In this document: in pieces, positions 51,558 through 60,906 of the stretch
Position numbering within the stretch: the first letter of the stretch is position 1
Layout of the letters: each line of letters opens with the position of its first letter
Source of the DNA: Candidatus Omnitrophota bacterium
GTDB lineage: Bacteria; Omnitrophota; Gorgyraeia; 2-02-FULL-51-18
Length of the DNA: 64,000 nucleotides
Assembly: GCA_016197155.1 (NCBI GenBank)
Contig: JACPWF010000024.1
Location: 17,432 to 81,431, forward strand
Reading direction: 5' to 3'
The notes under the pieces: generated by a model
Database searches by the model: none
Told to the model about the DNA's origin: nothing
What the model saw: the letters and a program-made list of their open reading frames with translations, nothing else
Translations under genes and position numbers: made by a program

Positions 51558-52063
51558 GAATCCCCACTCCGCTTCAAAAACTCACGAATAACCAAAGCGA
51601 GGTCGCCTGCGAGGCGAAAAATATCGACGAGATGCTCGCCCAGCTCGAGAAAAAACACGCGGGGATCAAGGAACGCCTGTGCGACGAGGGCGGCAAGCTC
51701 CGGCGCTTCGTGAATATTTACGTGAACGAGGAGGACATCCGGTTTCTCGAGGGGCAGTCCACGGCGCTCAAAGACGGCGACGACGTCTCGATCATTCCCG
51801 CGATCGCCGGCGGCGCGCAGGGACTGGTGAAAAAAAGAGTGACGCTGGTTTTTCCTCAGGACCAGATCCGGGAACCCGCGGTTTTCACGATGGCCAAGCA
51901 ATTTGACATCCTGCCGAATATCCGTAAAGCCCGCGTCACCGAGAGCGTGGGGGAGATGATGCTCGAGCTCGAGGGCACGGAAAAAAATTTGGCCGAGGGG
52001 ATCAAGTACCTCGAATCGCGCGGGATCAAAGTGGAACCGGTGACGGGGGAGAGCGCTTTATAA
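51542..52063 (+). CDS. MoaD/CysO-like sulfur carrier fused to a NIL domain
   Basis: VRIPTPL...[15 protein letters not shown]...IPAIAGG, then RVTLVFP...EP....NIRKA.V....GEMMLEL.G. Confidence 0.85.
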   Translation: MAVKVRIPTPLQKLTNNQSEVACEAKNIDEMLAQLEKKHAGIKERLCDEGGKLRRFVNIYVNEEDIRFLEGQSTALKDGDDVSIIPAIAGGAQGLVKKRVTLVFPQDQIREPAVFTMAKQFDILPNIRKARVTESVGEMMLELEGTEKNLAEGIKYLESRGIKVEPVTGESAL

Positions 52064-52228
52064 TTGAAATTTAAATTTTGTTTCGCCTTCACGGCGTTTT
52101 TTGCGGGGTACTGCCTGACGGACCTGATCTTTCGGGCGAGAAAAATTCCTTACCCCTTTGAGGCGTTTGGGGTGTTGGCGGGACTGGGACTGGCGGCGTG
52201 GGCATATGGGTGGGCCAATGAAAAATAA
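52064..52228 (+). CDS. Small 2-TM hypothetical protein (54 aa, not in ORF track)
   Basis: TTG directly after the previous stop; MKFKFCFAFTAFFAGY...LGLAAWAYGWANEK. Confidence 0.45.
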   Translation: MKFKFCFAFTAFFAGYCLTDLIFRARKIPYPFEAFGVLAGLGLAAWAYGWANEK

Positions 52229-52409
52229 ATTCGGATTTCTCCTTTTTTTTGTTTCCTTTATTCTTTTCGTCGCGCCGCTTCGCGCCGAGGAGGCGGGGCT
52301 CTCGTCCAAAATAGACGGGCTTGAGCGGAAACAGGAAGAAATTTTAAAAAAACTCGACGAGATCAAGGCCGAACTCGAAGTCGTCAAGGTCCGCGCCTCC
52401 CAGCGATGA
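52218..52409 (+). CDS. Small secreted coiled-coil protein; start MKNKFG
   Basis: Signal peptide plus heptad tail; ATGA overlap with rrf2. Confidence 0.6.
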   Translation: MKNKFGFLLFFVSFILFVAPLRAEEAGLSSKIDGLERKQEEILKKLDEIKAELEVVKVRASQR

Positions 52410-52858
52410 AATTTTCCACGCGCACGTTTTACGGTTTGAAGGCGATCCTCGTTTTGGCCAGCCGTTTTGGCGAAGGGTCGCTTTCGGTTTCGCAGATCGC
52501 CAGGAAAGAGGGGATCTCGGTGGCGTATCTCGAGCAGATTTTGAACGCGCTCAAGAAAAAAGGCTTCGTGAAGAGCGTGCGCGGGCCGCAGGGCGGCTAC
52601 ATTTTGTCGAAGAAGCCGTCGGAGATCACGCTGAAAGCGCTTTTTTACGCGCTCGAGAAGCCGGGTTTTCTCGAACCGAACGGGCGCGCGCCGGAGGCGG
52701 CCGGCCAGGACGACGTGGCCGCGGCGAACCTCATTTTTTGGGAAAAACTGCGCGGATCGATCGAGGAAACGCTCGAGGCGCTGAACCTGAAAGGCATTCT
52801 GGACGAGGCCCGCCGCCGGAAAACGAAAGTTTCTTCCCGGCACACCTTTAACATTTAG
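52406..52858 (+). CDS. Rrf2-family regulator, CymR-like (no Fe-S Cys ligands)
   Basis: MKFSTR..YG, YLEQI, SVRGPQGGY; no cysteines. Confidence 0.88.
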   Translation: MKFSTRTFYGLKAILVLASRFGEGSLSVSQIARKEGISVAYLEQILNALKKKGFVKSVRGPQGGYILSKKPSEITLKALFYALEKPGFLEPNGRAPEAAGQDDVAAANLIFWEKLRGSIEETLEALNLKGILDEARRRKTKVSSRHTFNI

Positions 52859-52865
52859 TTCACGC

Positions 52866-53417
52866 ATGCGCGCCAAGAAAATTTTAAGAAATAAAATGAC
52901 GCGGCGCCTGGCCGCTTTGGGCGGGCGCCTCCGCGAACAGAAAAGCCGCGCGATCGCCGAAAAACTTTTTGGGCTCGAGGTTTTCGGGTCCGCCCGGACG
53001 GTTTGCTTTTATGCGGCGACCCCCCGCGAGGTGGACACTCACCCCATGATTGACGCCGCGCTCGAGGCGGGAAAGGCCGTGCTCGTTCCGCTCTGCGATC
53101 CCAAAAAAGGGACGCTCGCTCTTTACCGGATCCAAAGCCGGAAGGATTTGAAAAAAGGGGCGTTCGGGATCTGGGAGCCGGATCCCGGAAAGGCCGCCCC
53201 CGCCGGCGCGGCCGAGGCGGACTGTGTCATCGTGCCCGGCGTGGCGTTCGACAAGGCGAAAAACCGCCTCGGCCGCGGGAAGGGTTATTACGACCGGTTT
53301 TTGAGCGGACTCGGCCCGAAAGTGGCGAAGATCGGCCTGGCATTCTCATTTCAAAAAGTTAAAAATGTGCCGAGGGCGGATCACGACGTGCCCCTGGACG
53401 AAATCATCACGGATTAA
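52866..53417 (+). CDS. 5-formyltetrahydrofolate cyclo-ligase
   Basis: EVDT, VPGVAFD...RLGRGKGYYDR, HDV.LD.IIT. Confidence 0.94.
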   Translation: MRAKKILRNKMTRRLAALGGRLREQKSRAIAEKLFGLEVFGSARTVCFYAATPREVDTHPMIDAALEAGKAVLVPLCDPKKGTLALYRIQSRKDLKKGAFGIWEPDPGKAAPAGAAEADCVIVPGVAFDKAKNRLGRGKGYYDRFLSGLGPKVAKIGLAFSFQKVKNVPRADHDVPLDEIITD

Positions 53418-53419
53418 AA

Positions 53420-54985
53420 ATGGAAACCATCCTTATCTTTATTTTGTTGGGGATCCTGATCGCGATCGCGTTTTTCGCGGCGGGATATTTTATGCGAAAA
53501 ATTTTTGCCGAGCGCCTCATCCGTACCGCGGAGTCCAAGGCCCGCGAGATCCTCGTCACCGCCAAACGCGAATCGGAAGAGACTTTAAAAAACGCCGAGC
53601 GCCAGTCGCGGCAGAACACCGCGCGCGCCCAGACCGATTTTGAAAACCAGATCGCCCAACGGAAACGGGATCTGGAAAATCTGGAAAAAGTCCTGAGGCA
53701 CAACGAGGACAGCCTCGACAAGAAACTGGATCTCATTGAGAAAAAAGAAAGGGAAACGCTTTTCAAATTGCAGGAGGCCTCTCTCAAGGAAAAAGGCATC
53801 CTCGAAAAAGAAGAAAAACTCGACAAATTGATGAGCGAAGAGCGCCAGCACCTGCAGAAAATTTCCGGGCTCGACGCCGAGGAGGCCAGGCGCCGGCTTC
53901 TGCAGAGGGTCGAGATCGAAACGCGCAGTGACACCGGGCGCCTCATTCACGAAATTGAAAAAGAAGCGGAAGAGACCGCCGAGAAGAAGGCCAAGAAAAT
54001 CCTGAGTCTGGCCATGCAGCGCCTGGCGGGCGCCTACACGATCGAGTCCGCGTCGACGGTCGTGAACCTGCCGAACGACGAGATGAAGGGGCGGATCATC
54101 GGGAAGGACGGGCGGAACATCAAGACCTTTGAGACGCTGACGGGCGTCGACCTTTTGATCGACGACACGCCCGCGGTGATCACGCTCTCGGCGTTTGACG
54201 GCGTTCGCCGGCAGGTGGCCAAGCTCGCGCTTGAGGAATTGATGAAGGACGGCAGGATCCAGCCCGCGCGGATCGAAGAGGTCGTTCAAAAAACCAAACG
54301 GAATATGGAAAACGTTCTGAAAGAAGAAGGGGAAAAAGCGGTCCTCGAGACCAACCTCTCGAACGTGCACCCCGAGATCGTGAAACTTTTGGGAAAATTG
54401 CGTTACCGCACCAGCTACGGGCAGAACGTGCTTTTTCATTCCATCGAAGTGGCTCATCTCATGAACACGATCGCCGGTGAAATGGGCGTCGATCCGGTCG
54501 TGGCGCGCCGCGCGGGACTTTTGCACGATATCGGGAAAGCGGTGAGTCAGGATGTCGAGGGGCCGCATGCCCTGATCGGCGGGGAACTCGCGCGCCGTTA
54601 CGGCGAGCATCCGGACGTGATCCACGGCATCGAGGCGCATCATGAAGACATTGAAATGAAATCCGTCTGGCCGATGCTCGTGCAGGCCGCGGACGCCGTG
54701 AGCGCCGCGCGGCCCGGCGCCCGGCGCGAGAGCCTTGAAAATTACGTGAAGCGTTTGAAACAGCTTGAAGAAATCGCCGACGGCCACGCCGGCGTCGAAA
54801 AATCCTACGCGATCCAGGGCGGGCGCGAGGTGCGCGTCATGGTGAGGGCCGATCGCGTGCCGGAGGAGGCGATGCCGGCGCTCGCGCGCGAGATTTCCAA
54901 AAAAATCGAGAAAGACATGCAATTTCCGGGGCAGATCAAGGTGATTGTGATCCGCGAGACGCGCGTCGAGGACGCGGCGAAGTGA
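53420..54985 (+). CDS. rny: Ribonuclease Y
   Basis: TM anchor, coiled coil, KH (MKGRIIGKDGRNI), HD (LLHDIGKA), RPGAR. Confidence 0.97.
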   Translation: METILIFILLGILIAIAFFAAGYFMRKIFAERLIRTAESKAREILVTAKRESEETLKNAERQSRQNTARAQTDFENQIAQRKRDLENLEKVLRHNEDSLDKKLDLIEKKERETLFKLQEASLKEKGILEKEEKLDKLMSEERQHLQKISGLDAEEARRRLLQRVEIETRSDTGRLIHEIEKEAEETAEKKAKKILSLAMQRLAGAYTIESASTVVNLPNDEMKGRIIGKDGRNIKTFETLTGVDLLIDDTPAVITLSAFDGVRRQVAKLALEELMKDGRIQPARIEEVVQKTKRNMENVLKEEGEKAVLETNLSNVHPEIVKLLGKLRYRTSYGQNVLFHSIEVAHLMNTIAGEMGVDPVVARRAGLLHDIGKAVSQDVEGPHALIGGELARRYGEHPDVIHGIEAHHEDIEMKSVWPMLVQAADAVSAARPGARRESLENYVKRLKQLEEIADGHAGVEKSYAIQGGREVRVMVRADRVPEEAMPALAREISKKIEKDMQFPGQIKVIVIRETRVEDAAK

Positions 54986-55773
54986 AAATTCTCATGATCG
55001 GCGACACGTACGGCGAGCCGGGGAGAAAGGCCGTTGAAATTTTTGTGGGCCGCATGAAAAAAAGCGGCGAGGCCGATTTTGTGGTGTGTAACGCGGAAAA
55101 TTCTGCCGAAGGATCCGGCATTACCGAGGGCATCGCCAGGGAACTTTTCCAAAACGGCTGTGACGTTCTCACCTGCGGGGACCACGTCTTTGACCGAAAA
55201 AGAGAGATAGAAAACTACATTCAAAAAGAGCCGCGTGTTTTGCGGCCCGCGAATTTTCCGAAGGGGGCCCCGGGCGCGGGTTCCTGCGTCGTCGAATCGA
55301 GGGGAACGAAGATCGGCGTCCTGCACGTCGCGGGGCAGGCGTTCATGCGTTATCACTTTGCCTCTCCTTTTCACACGGCGGATGAGGAAATTGAGAAGTT
55401 GAAAAAAGCCGGGGCTTCAGTGATTCTCGTCGACATGCATGCGGAAGCTACCAGCGAAAAGTCGGCGATTTCCTGGTACCTCGACGGACGTGTTGCGGCC
55501 GTAGTGGGAACGCACACGCACGTGCAGACGGCCGATGAACGCGTGTCGGAAAAGGGGACGGCCTGCATCACCGACCTCGGAATGACGGGGCCCTACGATT
55601 CGGTGATCGGCGCGGAGAAGGGGCCGATCATTCAGAGGTTTCTCACGCAGATCCACGCCAAAAAGGAAGTCGCCCAAAACGACGTGCGCTTCTCGGGCGC
55701 CCTCATCACGGTGGACGAACGCACGGGCCGCGCGACTGCGATCGAGCGGGTCCACAAAAAATTGACTCCGTAA
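54982..55773 (+). CDS. ymdB: YmdB-like metallophosphoesterase
   Basis: GD..G.PGR, NAEN, DMHAEATSEK, GTHTHVQTAD. Confidence 0.92.
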   Translation: MKILMIGDTYGEPGRKAVEIFVGRMKKSGEADFVVCNAENSAEGSGITEGIARELFQNGCDVLTCGDHVFDRKREIENYIQKEPRVLRPANFPKGAPGAGSCVVESRGTKIGVLHVAGQAFMRYHFASPFHTADEEIEKLKKAGASVILVDMHAEATSEKSAISWYLDGRVAAVVGTHTHVQTADERVSEKGTACITDLGMTGPYDSVIGAEKGPIIQRFLTQIHAKKEVAQNDVRFSGALITVDERTGRATAIERVHKKLTP

Positions 55774-56916
55774 ATGCCGATCCTCGTTGACCGCCAGATT
55801 TTCACCGTTTCGGATCTGACGCGCAACATCCGCTTTGTCCTCGAGGAAAATTTTTCCGGCGTGTGGGTCGAGGGCGAAGTCTCCAATTTCAAGCACCACA
55901 CCTCGGGCCACATGTATTTTTCCCTGAAGGACGAAGAATCGCAGGTCCAGTGCGTGATGTTCCGGCGCGAAAATCAGGCCGTGGGTTTTGAGGTCAAAGA
56001 AGGCCTGAAAATCCTCTGCCTCGGCCGTGTGAGCGTTTATCCCGTGCGCGGCCAGTACCAGCTTTACGTCGAGCGGATGGAGCCCAAGGGGATCGGCGCG
56101 CTTCAACTGCGTTTCGAGGAATTGAAGGAGAAATTAAAAAAAGAGGGCCTGTTCGACACGGCCCGCAAAAGGCCGATTCCCTTTTTGCCGAAAAAAATCG
56201 GAGTGGTCACCTCCGTCGACGGCGCGGCCCTTCGCGACATCCTGCACATTTTGGACAGGCGATTTCCGGAATCGCACGCGGTGATCTGTCCCGTGCCGGT
56301 GCAGGGCCCGGCGGCGGCGCCTTTCATTGCGGAGGCGATTTGTCATTTCAATGAATGGAACCAAACCGATGTCCTCCTCGTCACCCGCGGCGGCGGAAGC
56401 CTGGAAGATCTCTGGGCGTTCAACGAAGAAATCGTCGCCCGCGCGATTTTTGAATCAAGGATCCCCGTCATCTCCGCGGTGGGACACGAGGTCGACTACA
56501 CCATCGCGGATTTCGTCGCGGACCTGCGCGCGCCCACGCCTTCGGCCGCGGCGGAGATCGTGACCCCCGAGAAAGAGGAGATCCGTCTCAAAATTCAGGA
56601 CCTGAAAACGAGAGCCGCGCGCGCCATCGAGGGCCTTTTTGAAATTCTATTCCAACGGCTGGATGAACTGAAGAAAAATCTCGCCGGCCTCCTCGAAAAT
56701 TTTATTTTATTGAAAAAAGAAGGGGTCCGCGCGCTCATCGGCAAACTGGAAGCCCTCGGGCCGCTGGCCACGCTCGCGCGCGGCTTCAGTGTGACGTTAA
56801 AATTGCCAGGCGAAAAAGTGATGACGTCGTTCCGATCGGTGAAGCCGGGCGACCTGGTCAAGACGAGACTGAAAACCGGATTTTTCACAAGTCGGGTGAA
56901 GGAGGTGGGGGTATGA
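55774..56916 (+). CDS. xseA: Exodeoxyribonuclease VII large subunit
   Basis: GEVSNF, SGHMYFSLKD, RGGGSLEDL, DLRAPTPSAAAE. Confidence 0.97.
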   Translation: MPILVDRQIFTVSDLTRNIRFVLEENFSGVWVEGEVSNFKHHTSGHMYFSLKDEESQVQCVMFRRENQAVGFEVKEGLKILCLGRVSVYPVRGQYQLYVERMEPKGIGALQLRFEELKEKLKKEGLFDTARKRPIPFLPKKIGVVTSVDGAALRDILHILDRRFPESHAVICPVPVQGPAAAPFIAEAICHFNEWNQTDVLLVTRGGGSLEDLWAFNEEIVARAIFESRIPVISAVGHEVDYTIADFVADLRAPTPSAAAEIVTPEKEEIRLKIQDLKTRAARAIEGLFEILFQRLDELKKNLAGLLENFILLKKEGVRALIGKLEALGPLATLARGFSVTLKLPGEKVMTSFRSVKPGDLVKTRLKTGFFTSRVKEVGV

Positions 56917-57158
56917 GTCAGGAGGGAAAGGAAATGGAATTTGAGGCCGCGCTCAAAAAACTGGAGGACATCGTCGGGCATTTGGAAACCGGCGACCTGT
57001 CTCTTGAGGCGGCGTTGAAACAGTACGAGGAAGGGGTGCGGATGGCTGACATCTGCTCCAAGCGTCTCTCCGAAGCGCAAAAGCGGGTGGAAATTTTAAT
57101 CAAAACCGGCGCGGGGAAATTCAAAACCGTTCCGTTCGAGCCCAAAAAGAAAAAGTGA
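56913..57158 (+). CDS. xseB: Exodeoxyribonuclease VII small subunit
   Basis: FEAALKKLEDIV..LE.G.LSLE....YEEG. Confidence 0.95.
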   Translation: MSQEGKEMEFEAALKKLEDIVGHLETGDLSLEAALKQYEEGVRMADICSKRLSEAQKRVEILIKTGAGKFKTVPFEPKKKK

Positions 57159-57988
57159 CGCTGGATTCTTATTTAAAAAAGCAAACCGAAAAAATAAACC
57201 GGGCGCTGGAGGGCTGTCTGCCGCCCGCGCGCGAGCGGCCCGCGAAACTGCACGAGGCGATGCGTGAGGCGGTGCTCTCGGGCGGAAAAAGGGTGCGCCC
57301 GATCCTCACACTCGCGGCTTGTGAGGCCGCGGGCGGAAAAGAGGAGGCCGCGCTTCCCGCGGCGTGCGCCATTGAACTGATCCACAATTATTCGCTCGTG
57401 CACGACGACCTGCCGGCCATGGACGATGATGACACGCGCCGTGGGCGGGCCGCTTGTCACGTGAAATTCGGCGAGGAAACGGCGATCCTCGCGGGGGACG
57501 CGCTCCTGACACTGGCGTTCAACGTTCTGTGTAGGGGCGACTCGTCGAGTCGCCCAAATGCCGGCCGGATTCTTAGAACCATTCACCTCATTTCCGAAGC
57601 GATCGGCACGCGCGGCATGGTGGGCGGCCAGGCGGTGGACCTCGAGTTTCAAAAAAAAGAAATGGATCTGCCCACGGCCGAATACATCAACACCCGCAAG
57701 TCCGGCGCGCTCATCGCCGTGTCCGCGCGCGTGGGGGCCCTGGTTGCCGGCGCCGCGAAAAAAGAGGAAGAGGCGCTTTACCGCTACGGAAAATTTCTCG
57801 GGCTCCTTTTCCAAATTGTGGATGACATTCTTGACTGCCAGGGGTATGCTAAAGTCATCGGTGTCTCCGAATCCAAAAAGGAGGCCCTGCTTCTTTCCCA
57901 GAGGGCCAAAAAAGAGATTAAAATTTTCGGCAAAAAAGGGACGACCTTAAACCAACTCGCCGATTTTGTTTTAAACCGAAAGGCTTGA
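57155..57988 (+). CDS. ispA: Polyprenyl (farnesyl) diphosphate synthase
   Basis: GGKRVRP, HDDLPAMDDDDTRRG, FQIVDDILD. Confidence 0.93.
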   Translation: MTLDSYLKKQTEKINRALEGCLPPARERPAKLHEAMREAVLSGGKRVRPILTLAACEAAGGKEEAALPAACAIELIHNYSLVHDDLPAMDDDDTRRGRAACHVKFGEETAILAGDALLTLAFNVLCRGDSSSRPNAGRILRTIHLISEAIGTRGMVGGQAVDLEFQKKEMDLPTAEYINTRKSGALIAVSARVGALVAGAAKKEEEALYRYGKFLGLLFQIVDDILDCQGYAKVIGVSESKKEALLLSQRAKKEIKIFGKKGTTLNQLADFVLNRKA

Positions 57989-57989
57989 C

Positions 57990-59921
57990 GTGGGCGCTTT
58001 GCTCGATCAGATCCATTCACCCGAAGATTTAAAAAAATTAACGCACGCCGAGCTTCCCTTGCTCGCCGAGGAACTCCGCGCGTACATCCTTGAAGTCGTG
58101 TCCGCCAACGGCGGGCATCTGGGCGCGGCGCTGGGCGCGGTCGAGCTGACGCTGGCGCTTCACACCTGTTTCACCACACCCAAAGACACGATTGTCTGGG
58201 ACGTCGGGCATCAGGTTCACGCCCATAAAATCCTCACCGGCCGCAAAGAGGCGTTTAAAACTTTTCGCAAGGCGGGCGGCCTGAGCGGTTTCTCGAATAA
58301 GGACGAGAGCGTGCACGACCCCTTCACGACCGGCCACGGGGGCACGTCCATTTCCACCTCGCTCGGCATCGCCGTCGGTCAGCGGATGCAGTTTGGCACC
58401 GCGGGAAAAGTGATCGCGGTGATCGGGGACGCGTCGCTCGTGAGCGGAATGGCGTTCGAGGCCCTGAACCACGCGGGCCATTTGAAGGACGACCTCATCG
58501 TCGTTTTGAATGACAATGAAATGAGTATCTCCCCGACCGTGGGCGCTTTGAGCCGCTACCTGAATAAAATTATTTCCAACCCTTTTTACAACCACGTCCG
58601 CAAAGACATCGAAAGCCTCATCCGAAAAATCCCGCGCGTCGGCGAAGGCATGGTGAGGCAGGCCAAAAAAATCGACGAAGGCCTGAAAAATCTTTTTATC
58701 CCCGGACTTTTGTTTGAAGAACTGGGTTTCCGCTACTTTGGGCCGCTCGATGGACACAACATTCAGGAACTGGTTCAAATTTTGAAAAATATTTCCGCGA
58801 TCAAAGGCCCCGTTCTTTTGCATGTCATCACCCAAAAAGGCAAAGGCTACAAAATCGCCGAAGCCGACCCCGCGCGCTGGCACGCCTCGACCCCCTTCTG
58901 CGTCGACACGGGGGAAACCCAGAAACCGGCCAGGGCCGTCAGCACTTACACGCAGGTATTCGGCCAAACGGTTGTGGAGCTCGCCGCAAAGGACCCGCAG
59001 GTCGCGGCGATCACGGCGGCCATGTGCGACGGGACGGGCCTGGTGGAATTTTCCAAAAAATATCCGGAGCGTTTTTTCGACGTGGGGATCGCCGAGGAGC
59101 ACGGGGTCGCTTTCGCGGCGGGGCTGGCCAAGGCCGGCGCCAAACCCTTCGTCGCGATCTATTCCACGTTTCTCCAGCGCGCGCATGACCAGATCATCCA
59201 CGACGCGGCGCTGCAGGAATTGCCCGTCATTTTCTGCCTCGACCGCGCGGGGCTTGTCGGCGAGGACGGCCCGACGCATCACGGCGTGTTTGATATCGCT
59301 TATTTGAGGAAGGTGCCGGGGATGACGCTTTTGGCGCCGCGGGACGCGCGCGAATTCCGGATGATGCTCGCGTTTGCCGCGCGTCACAAAGGCGGGCCGA
59401 TCGCCGTGCGTTATCCGCGCGGGGCCGTCGCGGAGGAAAGCCAAAATCCTTTGTCTGCCATTTCGCCGCCGGCGATAGAGTTTGGAAAATCCGAATTATT
59501 AAAAGAAGGCAGGGACGCGCTGATCCTCGCGCTGGGCAGTATGGTCTATCCGGCCTACGAGGCCGCCGAGCTTTTGGAAAAGGAAAATATCCACGCCGCC
59601 GTTTTAAACGCGCGCTTTGCCAAGCCGCTCGACGAGGCAGAGATCCTGCGTCTGGCCAAAGAGGTCTCCCTGGTCGTGACGGTCGAAGAAGGAACGCTTT
59701 CGGGCGGATTCGGAAGTGCGGTGCTCGAGCGTTTTGGAATGGAGATCCCCCGGATCAAGATCCTCGGCATTCCCGACCGGTTCATCACGCACGGAAAACG
59801 CGAATCGCTTTTGGAGGGGTTGGGCCTGGATGCCGTGGGGATCCGCGACACGGTTTTAAAAACGCTAAATCTTCTTCGGCAGGACGAGATCGTCAACCGA
59901 GATTTTACGCCCGCTCTTTAA
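57990..59921 (+). CDS. dxs: 1-deoxy-D-xylulose-5-phosphate synthase
   Basis: GGHLG, WDVGHQ, GMAFEALN, DVGIAEEH, DRAGLVGEDGPTHHG. Confidence 0.97.
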   Translation: MGALLDQIHSPEDLKKLTHAELPLLAEELRAYILEVVSANGGHLGAALGAVELTLALHTCFTTPKDTIVWDVGHQVHAHKILTGRKEAFKTFRKAGGLSGFSNKDESVHDPFTTGHGGTSISTSLGIAVGQRMQFGTAGKVIAVIGDASLVSGMAFEALNHAGHLKDDLIVVLNDNEMSISPTVGALSRYLNKIISNPFYNHVRKDIESLIRKIPRVGEGMVRQAKKIDEGLKNLFIPGLLFEELGFRYFGPLDGHNIQELVQILKNISAIKGPVLLHVITQKGKGYKIAEADPARWHASTPFCVDTGETQKPARAVSTYTQVFGQTVVELAAKDPQVAAITAAMCDGTGLVEFSKKYPERFFDVGIAEEHGVAFAAGLAKAGAKPFVAIYSTFLQRAHDQIIHDAALQELPVIFCLDRAGLVGEDGPTHHGVFDIAYLRKVPGMTLLAPRDAREFRMMLAFAARHKGGPIAVRYPRGAVAEESQNPLSAISPPAIEFGKSELLKEGRDALILALGSMVYPAYEAAELLEKENIHAAVLNARFAKPLDEAEILRLAKEVSLVVTVEEGTLSGGFGSAVLERFGMEIPRIKILGIPDRFITHGKRESLLEGLGLDAVGIRDTVLKTLNLLRQDEIVNRDFTPAL

Positions 59922-60848
59922 TTCCTGAACGTTGCACGCCGTCATCGCGTCGCGGACCTCGAGAGTGTTCAGGGTCGCGACTTCCTCGCCGTCTTTTTTC
60001 ACCACGTAGACGCCGTCCGGTTTCACATTGTCCGCTTTTCCGAGATTGATCACGACGAAACCGTGCTCTTGGTTCACCGCGAGCACGCGGCCGTCTTTTT
60101 TGGGAATCTTCCGGGTTTCCTCGAGGGGCTCTTTCGGGGTCTGAGTCCCGGCGGGCGCAGTGCCGGGACTTGAGCGGATCGTCCCCAAGTCCACCGTGCC
60201 CCATTCCTCCTCGATGCGCTTGCGCGCCTGGGCGACCGTTTCCTCGAGCGCGATTTTGGCGACGGTGATCTCCGTGATTTTGTCATTCACCGTTTTGTGA
60301 AGCCGGTCGAGCCTTTGCGAAAGGATTTTGTTTTGTTGAGAAAGTCTTTCAATCTCTTCATCCTTTTCCTTCAGGCGCGCGTCGGTATCCGCGGCGCCGG
60401 CGGAGACCGGCGGAACGGGAGAGACCGCGGGCGCGGGGGCAGCCGGCGCCGGCAGGTCTTTTTTCATTTTTTCGATTTCTTTATTTTTATGGATCAACAT
60501 CTCTTCGAGAGCGGTTTTTTCTTCGGTCACGGAGCTCAGTTGTTCCTGAACTTTTTTGATCTCGATCTGGAGGGACTCGTTTTCGTTTTTCAGGGATTCG
60601 AGTGAAAGGTGGAAGCCCGATTTGTCCTTCTCGATGGCCTCCAATTTTTCCGTGAGTTCTTTGTTTTCGTTCTCCAGGGACTTGAGAGAATCGGCGAGCT
60701 TTTGGGACTCATCGGAAAGGTCTTTCACTTTGACCTTCAGGGACGCGTTCTGAGAGGAAACCCCGATCAAAGAAAGGAGAAGCACCGCGAAGACGAGAAC
60801 GGATAAAAAAAAACGAGGCGACTTGAGAGACGACCAAAAATGGCCCAT
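59865..60848 (-). CDS. Membrane-anchored coiled-coil hypothetical protein
   Basis: N-terminal TM, long heptad repeats, C-terminal beta domain (GRVLAVN.EHGFVVINLG). Confidence 0.7.
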   Translation of the reverse strand: MGHFWSSLKSPRFFLSVLVFAVLLLSLIGVSSQNASLKVKVKDLSDESQKLADSLKSLENENKELTEKLEAIEKDKSGFHLSLESLKNENESLQIEIKKVQEQLSSVTEEKTALEEMLIHKNKEIEKMKKDLPAPAAPAPAVSPVPPVSAGAADTDARLKEKDEEIERLSQQNKILSQRLDRLHKTVNDKITEITVAKIALEETVAQARKRIEEEWGTVDLGTIRSSPGTAPAGTQTPKEPLEETRKIPKKDGRVLAVNQEHGFVVINLGKADNVKPDGVYVVKKDGEEVATLNTLEVRDAMTACNVQELKSGRKISVDDLVLPKKI

Positions 60849-60906
60849 CGTGGGCTCATCCTAACAAAAGCCAAAACAGAAGTCAATTTGTGTTACAATT
60901 TTCCCG

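Noticed and set aside
52858-52866. 6S RNA upstream of the 5-formyl-THF cyclo-ligase gene
   Set aside because: Only 7 nt of intergenic space
53585-59444. 445-aa and 468-aa minus-strand ORFs
   Set aside because: Antisense to rny and dxs
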